From positions 1,200,001 to 1,232,000 of the forward strand of contig NC_015067.1 in NCBI RefSeq assembly GCF_000196555.1: a stretch of DNA of 32,000 nucleotides, written 5' to 3'. The notes under the pieces were generated by a model. That model did not search any database. It was given only the letters and a program-made list of their open reading frames with translations, and was not told the DNA's origin. This document shows, in pieces, positions 8,937-16,136 of this stretch (positions within the stretch are counted from its first letter, which is position 1; every line of letters begins with the position of its first letter). A program made the position numbers and the translations under genes. Source of the stretch: Bifidobacterium longum subsp. longum JCM 1217 (lineage in GTDB: Bacteria > Actinomycetota > Actinomycetes > Actinomycetales > Bifidobacteriaceae).

Positions 8937-8965
8937 GGGGCCCGTCGTACGGGACGACGGCCCCC
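8937..8965. promoter_or_regulatory. Strong hairpin in the divergent 8916-9172 control region
   Basis: ccgtcgt (8942-8948) pairs with acgacgg (8954-8960) around a 5-nt loop, extended by G/C flanks. Confidence 0.35.
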
Positions 8966-9172
8966 GGGGGGGCGAGGGACATGATGGCGGATGCCGATGG
9001 ACGGGATCGGCCCGTGACGGGCGTGGAACGAGAGGCTGCGGGCGTGTTCGACGAAAACGCGCGCCTGCGCGGACCCGACCCGCGGGCCGCGGCCGGCGAT
9101 GCATCATGCCCCGTTGCGCACGCATAGCCTCCGCACGCAACGGGAACCGGAACGGGCGGAGGAAACGGCGTA

Positions 9173-9643
9173 ATGACCGTGGACAGGAACAACAGGAGCC
9201 ACAAGCCGAAGGGCACGCCCGAAGGCGGCCGATACGAGACGAAAGGCGGCGCCACGGGCCCGGATGACGTGAGGCCGCCCACCACGGCCGAAAACGCGTC
9301 CGACATCCTCGACCGGGCACGGGAACGCGGCCTCGACTGGGATCTGCTCGCCGGACGAAGCGAGAACGGGCGCAGCATCAACCTGGACGCGCGGGGTCAC
9401 GGCGACCGGCGCGTCCACGCGGAACCCGACGGGCACGGCGGCTGGGACCTCGTCTACCGGGAATGGAGGAAACCCACATTACGCGAATACAACGGGCCCG
9501 GCATCCACCCGTTCGGCGTATTCGGCTGGATGTCCGACCGGATCAACGGGAACGCGGAGACATGGATCCCCATCCGTCGCGGGCACGCCGCCAATGACGA
9601 CCAGCTGCTCGACGCCGCCGCCGACTGGTGCGGGACCGACTGA
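9173..9643 (+). CDS. Leader-family protein B: conserved N-terminal module plus a unique 110-aa body
   Basis: GGAGGAAA upstream of the ATG. MTVDRNNRSHKPKGTPEGGRYE...PDDVRPP. The first 22 codons are identical at DNA level to gene A. Confidence 0.7.
   Translation: MTVDRNNRSHKPKGTPEGGRYETKGGATGPDDVRPPTTAENASDILDRARERGLDWDLLAGRSENGRSINLDARGHGDRRVHAEPDGHGGWDLVYREWRKPTLREYNGPGIHPFGVFGWMSDRINGNAETWIPIRRGHAANDDQLLDAAADWCGTD
9174..9238. repeat. Right copy of the 65-bp perfect inverted repeat (partner at 7603..7667)
   Basis: See the partner entry. Identity was verified base by base. Confidence 0.9.
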
Positions 9644-9681
9644 AACGGGAAGCCGGCCGACGGCACGCATAGCCATCCCGC

Positions 9682-10320
9682 ATGAGCAAAGACACGCACG
9701 GCCGGACGCACCGGCCCGCCGGACTGCCGAAAGGCGTGGCCGGCACCTACGACAGGAATCCCGGCACGAACGGCGACGACATCGCCCCGCCCATGCCCGT
9801 CCACGACGATCCGGACATACTGCGCCGCGAACTGGCATCCATCCCCCAGCGGGACGGTCCGGAATACGACGGGCTGCGCACCAGGCTCGCCCGCGCCGAA
9901 CTGAGGCAAATGGAATCGAAAGAGAAGCATGCCACCGCCGCCGACATGTTCCGCTCACTCAGCGAAACAGGAGGCGGGACATGGAGTCCGCGAAACGACG
10001 CCACTCCCGTTGTCGGGTTCTGCCATTCACCATACCCCGAACGGAGCAGGGTCGTGGCAATGCCCTCCACCACCGATGATTTCGCACGACTGTCCATGGA
10101 ATATCTCATGGACAATCGCGATCTGCTGTCGAAAGACGGCAACTATCTGGGATTATGGCGCAACCCGGCCGACGACAGATTATATGTCGACGTCTCCGTC
10201 TGCGACATGGACGCGCATGACGTCCGGGACGCATGTGCCAAACATGATCAGATAGCCTTCTGGGACATCCAATTGGGTGAAGAGGTCATCGTGAATCCAG
10301 ACGCGCGATCAGGACAATAA
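9682..10320 (+). CDS. Leader-family protein C: divergent N-terminal module plus a unique body
   Basis: MSKDTHGRTHRPAGLPKGVAGTYD...GDDIAPP. No SD. CGCATAGCC box with its T 12 nt upstream of the ATG. Confidence 0.7.
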   Translation: MSKDTHGRTHRPAGLPKGVAGTYDRNPGTNGDDIAPPMPVHDDPDILRRELASIPQRDGPEYDGLRTRLARAELRQMESKEKHATAADMFRSLSETGGGTWSPRNDATPVVGFCHSPYPERSRVVAMPSTTDDFARLSMEYLMDNRDLLSKDGNYLGLWRNPADDRLYVDVSVCDMDAHDVRDACAKHDQIAFWDIQLGEEVIVNPDARSGQ

Positions 10321-10335
10321 ACAAGGAGAACGACA

Positions 10336-10599
10336 ATGGCACGACAGCTTGAAGGCCTATACGATCCGAAGACCGGAGCCGTAGGCATGGCAAAGTTCAG
10401 CGTCATGATGATGCGTAAACTCAACGGGCACATCACCAGCCGTCAGGAAATCCTGGACATGCAGGACACGCTGGGCCGCGAATGGACGGAAGAGGAGATA
10501 AAGGAGATCCTCAAGGCGAACGGGACGTCCGCCGACGATCCGTCGCAGACAGCCTTACGCGCATCGACATGCGGGGGCACGCATAGCCGTCCCGCATGA
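10336..10599 (+). CDS. Small hypothetical protein (87 aa)
   Basis: AAGGAG 7 nt upstream of the ATG. Its stop TGA overlaps the ATG of the downstream leader stump. Confidence 0.6.
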   Translation: MARQLEGLYDPKTGAVGMAKFSVMMMRKLNGHITSRQEILDMQDTLGREWTEEEIKEILKANGTSADDPSQTALRASTCGGTHSRPA

Positions 10600-10637
10600 G
10601 CAGAGACATGCACGGCCGCGGCCGGACCGCCGGATAG
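10596..10637 (+). pseudogene. Stump of a leader-family gene (MSRDMHGRGRTAG*)
   Basis: Same upstream box and first codons as gene C (gcacgcatagccgtcccgcATGagcagagacatgcacggcc versus gcacgcatagccatcccgcATGagcaaagacacgcacggcc). An indel then gives a TAG after 13 codons. Confidence 0.6.
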
Positions 10638-10705
10638 AGGACGGCCGTCCTGTCCGCGATCGCGCATGCGCCCCCGCGCGCCCGGGACGCATAGCCGGAA
10701 CCATC

Positions 10706-11479
10706 ATGAACGATAAGCCTCTCTTCGAAATCCGGCAGGGCACGACGCCCATGCTCGTCCACACACCACACGCGGGCCGGCTCGTCCCCGACGGATTCGA
10801 CCGCACCCGCCTGACGGACGCGGAAGCATTCGACCAGACATGCGAACAGGTACGAGACCGGCACGCGGACACGCTCGGCCTCATGATCGCCGCCCGGCTC
10901 CACGCAACCATCATGCTCGACCACACGACCCGCATGTGGTGCGACCCGGAACGATACCCCGACGACCGGGAGGAGATGAACACGGCCGGCATGGGCGCCA
11001 TCCCCACACGCGACATCGACGGGCATCCCCTCTACAAGCCCGGACAGGCACCCGGCATGAGGGAACGCGGACAACGGTTCCGCCTCCTGTACACGCCATG
11101 GCACCGCATGCTGCAAGCCCAATGCCGGACCATGCTCGACACGTACGGACGATGCACGATCATCGACGTCCACACCCACCCCAGAGAACCACGCCCGTTC
11201 GAACCGCACGCCGACCAGCCGCGCACCCAGACCATCATCGGCCACAACAACGATCCCGCATCCCGGGCGATCGGGGCACGCGCCGCCGCGCTCCTCATGG
11301 GCCGCGGCCTCACCGTCGGCGTCAACACCGCACACCGGGGCGCCATCACCCCCGACGGCATACACGACATACGGCTCGCCAGCATCATGGTCGAAACCAG
11401 ATGGGACACGGCCGCCGACCCCATGGCGCGCCATGACATCGCCGACGCGATCGCACGCGCCCTGGAGGGACGCGCATGA
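10706..11479 (+). CDS. N-formylglutamate amidohydrolase (FGase, PF05013-like) family zinc hydrolase
   Basis: Family motifs HTPHAGRLVP, TRMWCDPER (D-x-N/E-R block) and IIDVHTH. 257 aa. Confidence 0.7.
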   Translation: MNDKPLFEIRQGTTPMLVHTPHAGRLVPDGFDRTRLTDAEAFDQTCEQVRDRHADTLGLMIAARLHATIMLDHTTRMWCDPERYPDDREEMNTAGMGAIPTRDIDGHPLYKPGQAPGMRERGQRFRLLYTPWHRMLQAQCRTMLDTYGRCTIIDVHTHPREPRPFEPHADQPRTQTIIGHNNDPASRAIGARAAALLMGRGLTVGVNTAHRGAITPDGIHDIRLASIMVETRWDTAADPMARHDIADAIARALEGRA

Positions 11480-11817
11480 AACCACGCATGCAATACCGGA
11501 GCCGACGCGTCCACGGCATCCTGTTCGAACCCGACCATGCGAGCATGATCATCCGCAACAAGCCCGGCCGCCACTACCTGATCCACGGCGACGACACCCG
11601 TCTCATCACCGGGTTCGACACCCCGCTGGACGCGCCCGACACCATGGGCTACGGCATCTACCACGAAGCCGACCGGCCGAACACCATGTGGATACGCGAC
11701 CGGACCGGCCTACGCCGCATCCAAGGCACGCCCGCCACGCCGCTCGAACGCGACGCGCCCTGGAACCGCGTCGCCACCCGCATCCCCAACCATCCCATCC
11801 CCAGCCCATACGCATAG
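11476..11817 (+). CDS. Hypothetical protein (113 aa)
   Basis: ATGA overlap with the FGase-family gene. Its stop TAG is the TAG of the next CGCATAG box. Confidence 0.5.
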   Translation: MKPRMQYRSRRVHGILFEPDHASMIIRNKPGRHYLIHGDDTRLITGFDTPLDAPDTMGYGIYHEADRPNTMWIRDRTGLRRIQGTPATPLERDAPWNRVATRIPNHPIPSPYA

Positions 11818-11826
11818 GCGCACCGC

Positions 11827-12771
11827 ATGAGCACAGACAGGAACAACCGGAGCCACAGGCCGAAAGGCCTGCCCCCACGCGTGGCCGGAACATTCGAACC
11901 GGAAGCATGCGGCGGCCACGAGACCGGCATACGACCGCCCGAACCACCCGACCGCATCGAACTCATGGAACTCGAACGCCTCGCCCGCACCATGCCCGCA
12001 CCACGGCCCGGCGACATCGCATGGCGTTTCGGCACGCACACCATCCCCCAGCAGGCCATCGACATGCGCTACGGGCGCGACGACATACGCCTCCAACGGC
12101 TCGTCATCCTCACCCACGCGGACGAGGACACGCGCCGCATGCTCGCCGCACGCATGCACGACCACGATTGGATTCGCAGCCACGCCACACCCCTGTTCAA
12201 AGACCGCGCATGCATCATCATCCCCGAACCGGACCCCTGGGATGAACCCGGACACGAACCCGGCCGGCCGGACACACGCCCCGTCTGGCCGCACCCCATC
12301 GACACGCGCATGATCGCCGAAGACTGCGCCGCCCACCTCGACATCCGACGCTCATACACGCCCACGCGCGTCAGCCGCACGGGGAACGAAACCCACGTCG
12401 AATGCGTGGACGACACGACCCACACGTCCCGCTCCTACCGGACCGGAACGAACATCGCGCATCTCCCCGACGGAGCCTGCATCGAACATGCGGCCGACGG
12501 ACGATGGCATGTCATCCACGACGATCCGCCGCTCCCCCCACGCCCCGCCGACAGGCCGCACGCACGCGAAGACACGCGCCCGCACGACCCCCGACCCGAC
12601 ACGGAACCGGAACCGGAACCAAACCCGGATCCGCCCGGGCGATCCGACGAAGCGGACAGGCCGCGACGCCCGGCCTCCGACCCGCGCATGCGCCAAGCCT
12701 GGATCCGGTTCCTCACCGGACTGTTCCAGGGCGTGTCCAGCATCATCCGCGAATCCAGGCGCGCCCACTGA
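11827..12771 (+). CDS. Leader-family protein D: N-terminal module plus a unique body with a Pro/Asp/Glu-rich tail
   Basis: MSTDRNNRSHRPKGLPPRVAGTFE. No SD. CGCATAGG box with its T 12 nt upstream. Confidence 0.7.
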   Translation: MSTDRNNRSHRPKGLPPRVAGTFEPEACGGHETGIRPPEPPDRIELMELERLARTMPAPRPGDIAWRFGTHTIPQQAIDMRYGRDDIRLQRLVILTHADEDTRRMLAARMHDHDWIRSHATPLFKDRACIIIPEPDPWDEPGHEPGRPDTRPVWPHPIDTRMIAEDCAAHLDIRRSYTPTRVSRTGNETHVECVDDTTHTSRSYRTGTNIAHLPDGACIEHAADGRWHVIHDDPPLPPRPADRPHAREDTRPHDPRPDTEPEPEPNPDPPGRSDEADRPRRPASDPRMRQAWIRFLTGLFQGVSSIIRESRRAH

Positions 12772-12793
12772 CAGGGGGCGCCATGCGCGCCGT

Positions 12794-12988
12794 CCGGCGC
12801 ACGCCGCGGACGAAAACGAAAAAAAGGAGACAAAGAAAAGGAAAAAGAGAAAAAGAGCAAAAGAGGAAAACACGATACGACACCATCCCATCAGCCATCG
12901 GAAAAGAAAAAAGACAGGACACCGACACCCAGGAACACACGCGACGGACATCACACCACAAAACAGCATCACATCAAGGGGAGGGACC
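12794..12988 (+). other. T-depleted, A/purine-rich tract (strong strand asymmetry)
   Basis: No T at all between 12794 and 12875, and only 7 T in about 195 nt by hand count. The core is gaaaaaaaggagacaaagaaaaggaaaaagagaaaaagagcaaaagaggaaaaca, in an otherwise GC-rich window. Confidence 0.8.
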
Positions 12989-13103
12989 GTTTTCCCTTGC
13001 AAAAAACCGGGTTTCGGCATGGTTTCCATGCCCGGACGCCGGGATTTCCCCTTCATGAGGGACGCATACCCGATCCGCAAGGGACGATGGAAGGGGAAGG
13101 CGT

Positions 13104-13769
13104 ATGATCACCGTCAGTTTCGACGACACGACGGCCGGGCCGGACGACCTGCCGTTGCTTCGGATCGCGGACGCGGCGAACCGGATCCATGGCATGGACG
13201 CGCGGCGGCTGCCCGGCCTGCTGGAATCATCCTGGCTGGACTGGGCGCCGCCCTCCTCGCGTCTGCCCGACGTGGGCATGCCGTCGCCGCCCGGCCGGGA
13301 CGATTGGCTGTGGGCGCGCGGGCATGCGGGGCTGCTGGGGTTCGACGTGTCCGCCTACGGGTCGGGCATGATGTTCGCGTCCATGCTGGCGAAGCGCGTG
13401 GGCGTGCGCCGGGCGGGCTGGTGCGCGCTGGCGTTGGCCTGGTGCGCGCGCATGGCCCGGTTGGATGCGCGCGCATGGACGCTGGCCCTGCTGGAGCATG
13501 ATCCGGCGCGCGTGCGGGCCGATTCGCTTCGGCTTGTGCCGGTGGGCCCGTTGTCGGGGTTGTGGAGCGTGTGGGCGTCGCCCGCGTTCATGCCGGGCGT
13601 GACGGGCGTGGATGTGGCGTGCGCGTTGATGGATTGCGCGCGTGCGGGACGCTACCGGTCGGATCATGTGGTCGCGCCGGACGGCCGGACGGTCCGAATC
13701 CCGGATATGGTGTGGGATCGCGTGGATTCGATGGGATTGGCTTCCGTGTTCGCCGACACGGGGTTCTAG
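13104..13769 (+). CDS. Hypothetical protein (221 aa, Trp/Ala/Arg-rich)
   Basis: GGAAGGGGAAGG upstream of the ATG. High third-position GC. No recognisable motif. Confidence 0.55.
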   Translation: MITVSFDDTTAGPDDLPLLRIADAANRIHGMDARRLPGLLESSWLDWAPPSSRLPDVGMPSPPGRDDWLWARGHAGLLGFDVSAYGSGMMFASMLAKRVGVRRAGWCALALAWCARMARLDARAWTLALLEHDPARVRADSLRLVPVGPLSGLWSVWASPAFMPGVTGVDVACALMDCARAGRYRSDHVVAPDGRTVRIPDMVWDRVDSMGLASVFADTGF

Positions 13770-13836
13770 AACAGGGGCGTCATCGTCCCCTCGTCCGGCG
13801 TGCTGTTTTCCCGTCTGCATGCGCGGGCGGCGTGGA

Positions 13837-14799
13837 TCATGCGTCCCGCGTCCGTCTGACGAGCAGCCGCTTGTACAGTCGGCGTCCGTTGACCGTCGGA
13901 TCGTCGAGCTTGCCGAGCAGCATGAACCCGTTGCCTGGCGCCCAATGTTCGAGGAAGTTCAACGGGACGCCCATCGGCCCGTCATGATCGTCGGGCATCA
14001 TGCGCATGGAGTCCACGTTGATCGCGTCGTAGGCATCATATTCCGGATATTCGTCCTCATGTCCCCGGTACGTGTGTCCCGTGGGAGGCTGGGTCTTGTC
14101 GGCGCGTGCGGCGGCGAGGCTGGTGAGCCATCGGATGCTGTTGACGCCGACCGTGCCGTCGGGCCGGATCATGCTTCCCGTCTTCGGCCGGTCGTCGGGC
14201 AGTCGGAAGAACATGCTGCCCGAGTGGATGCTCAGGCCGACGAGGCAGCGTCCCCCCTTGACCATGGGGAATACGTCGTTGGCGGTGGCGAGGTTCAGGT
14301 TGGCGACGATCAGGAAATCGGTGTCCGGATGCCGGCGGAGCATGCGCATGAACCGGATGGCCTTGCTGAACGGCGGGTTGGTGACGACGATCGCGCCGGG
14401 CCGGTCGAGCAGGCGTTCGCATTCGGGCGAGTCGAACGAGCCGTCGCCGTCCAATGGGCGGGCGGCCAGGTCCGCGATCGAATATCTTCCCTCGCGGCCG
14501 TCGTTGTCCACATGCCATTGCATGGCGGGCGTCCCGTCGTCGAACAGGGTGTCATGGTCGGGTTGGAAGCTCGTGCAGGTGAGGGACGCGATCCCGTATT
14601 CGCTCATGTGGTCGAGCGTCCATCGGACGAACATGCTCATGCCGGGCCGGTCATTGCAGTCGCAGATCACATGCCGGCCGGCCAGGTCATGGCGGTAATG
14701 GGACAGTTCCCTGTCGATCGCGTCGTACGTGGTGTAGAATTCGTCGGCCTTCGCCTTGCGCGCGCCGGTCAGGTACCGGTGATGCTTGTGTGTTCCCAT
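13837..14799 (-). CDS. EcoRI-methylase-like (PF13651-type) N6-adenine DNA methyltransferase, copy 1
   Basis: N-terminal KADEFYT, CDCND, catalytic VVTNPPFS (NPPF motif IV), C-terminal VNGRRLYKRLLVRR. CGCATAC box with its T 11 nt upstream of the ATG. Confidence 0.8.
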   Translation of the reverse strand: MGTHKHHRYLTGARKAKADEFYTTYDAIDRELSHYRHDLAGRHVICDCNDRPGMSMFVRWTLDHMSEYGIASLTCTSFQPDHDTLFDDGTPAMQWHVDNDGREGRYSIADLAARPLDGDGSFDSPECERLLDRPGAIVVTNPPFSKAIRFMRMLRRHPDTDFLIVANLNLATANDVFPMVKGGRCLVGLSIHSGSMFFRLPDDRPKTGSMIRPDGTVGVNSIRWLTSLAAARADKTQPPTGHTYRGHEDEYPEYDAYDAINVDSMRMMPDDHDGPMGVPLNFLEHWAPGNGFMLLGKLDDPTVNGRRLYKRLLVRRTRDA

Positions 14800-15029
14800 G
14801 CCCCGTCGTATGCGTCAGGGGCACGGTTTTCCGGTCGGCTGTCAGACGGCGGGACCGTTGCAGTCTCACCCCCGGATGCCGGTCGGCGGCATGTCATGCG
14901 GGGACGAATACGGTTTCGACGTGAACCAGCCGTGCACGCCATGACCCGTCCTGCGCTCCGATACGGACGGGGCCATTCCAGGGGTCCGCAAAGGCGCGGG
15001 CTCCGGGGCGGCCCCTTTTCCTTTCCGTC

Positions 15030-16136
15030 CTACCTCTGCGCGCCCTTGCGCAGGTTGCAGTCACGGCACAGCATCTGGCAGTTGTCCGGCACGGTGTGCC
15101 CGCCACGGCTCCACGGGACGATGTGGTCCGCATGCATGTCCGCCAGGCCGAACTCGCCGCCGCACACGGCGCACCGGTGCCCTTGGGCTTCATAGGCGGC
15201 GCGCTGGGTGCGTTTGTCGAACGCCCGGATGCTGAGTCTCCGCTCGTCGCCGTCGAGCAGATACCGGTAGACGCCGCTCTTGCGGGTCACGTCCTCGTCG
15301 GCCATCAGCTCTTGGACGCGGGCCTCAAGCGCGTTCGGGTCCAGGTCGGTACGGTCCCGGTTCGCATCGTACATGGGACCCCATGGCAGGCCCTTCATCT
15401 CCCGCCGGTAGACGGGGAACACGGCCTGCGCCCAGTCGAGCACGCTGCGGAAGTAGCTCCACAGCGCCTGCGCGGTCGGGTCGTGCTGGTGTGTGCCCAT
15501 GTAGTCCTCGACGCTCGCGCCGTGCCGTGCGGCCGCCCAGCCGAGCACGGTGGCCAGATAGTCCTGCCGGATGGCCGAGCCCTTCAGCCAGTCGCCGCCC
15601 ACCTGGACCGCGGGGCCGCCCGGCTTGCTGAAGCGGGCGCGGGCGTCCGCGACCCATGGGCCCGCGTATACGGCGTTCAGCAGCTCCTGGTCGTTCAGCT
15701 GGACGCCGGCGATGTTGACGATGCGGAACCAGTCGAGCTTCTCCGACTCGGTGCCGGAGCATACGTACACGGTCAGCGGGTAGCCGAGGATACGCTCCTT
15801 GACGTCGCGGGGCAGGTTGAAGAAGAACCGCCCGTCGAGGCTGTACTGTCCGGCCACGTATGAGCAGACGCTGATGGTGCGCTGCTGGCCGTCCATGACC
15901 TCGTAGCGTGGCCGCGCGTCGGGTCCCCGGTCCACCCAGTACATGACGTTCAGCGGGAGCCCCTTGAGTATGGTGCGCACCACCTCGTCGCGCCGGTCGT
16001 CCCGGTAGACGAACTCGCGCTGGTAGGGCGGGCGCACGTCCAGGTCGCCGCCGTAGGCGGTCACGCCCCCGACCGCATTGTCCGTGTAGCCTTGGCTCAG
16101 GTCGCGCACCGCGACGGTGATGGGTTCGACGTTCAA
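15030..16136 (-). CDS. DUF262 (ParB-like, GmrSD N-terminal type) plus C-terminal HNH endonuclease
   Basis: MDGQQRT motif of DUF262. HNH region CAVCGGEF...HADHIVPWSRGGH...NCQMLCRDCNLRKG. TTG start in a TTGA overlap with the upstream MTase stop, with AAGGAGG 6 nt upstream. Confidence 0.85.
   Translation of the reverse strand: MNVEPITVAVRDLSQGYTDNAVGGVTAYGGDLDVRPPYQREFVYRDDRRDEVVRTILKGLPLNVMYWVDRGPDARPRYEVMDGQQRTISVCSYVAGQYSLDGRFFFNLPRDVKERILGYPLTVYVCSGTESEKLDWFRIVNIAGVQLNDQELLNAVYAGPWVADARARFSKPGGPAVQVGGDWLKGSAIRQDYLATVLGWAAARHGASVEDYMGTHQHDPTAQALWSYFRSVLDWAQAVFPVYRREMKGLPWGPMYDANRDRTDLDPNALEARVQELMADEDVTRKSGVYRYLLDGDERRLSIRAFDKRTQRAAYEAQGHRCAVCGGEFGLADMHADHIVPWSRGGHTVPDNCQMLCRDCNLRKGAQR

Noticed and set aside
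7603-9238. The 65-bp inverted repeats as ends of a composite transposon or IS
   Set aside because: The repeats are the coding 5' ends of two leader-family genes. No transposase lies between them and no target duplication is visible.
12783-13058. 91-aa highly basic ORF (MRAVRRTPRTKTKKRRQRKGKREKEQKRK...) across the A-rich tract
   Set aside because: Its basic character is a by-product of the A/G-rich DNA. Codon third positions are A-rich, unlike every confident gene here, and there is no SD. It is kept only as an alternative in the finding on the tract.
13642-15195. 517-aa plus-strand ORF antisense to MTase copy 1
   Set aside because: It is antisense to a gene with DEFYT and NPPF motifs, and its translation is low complexity.
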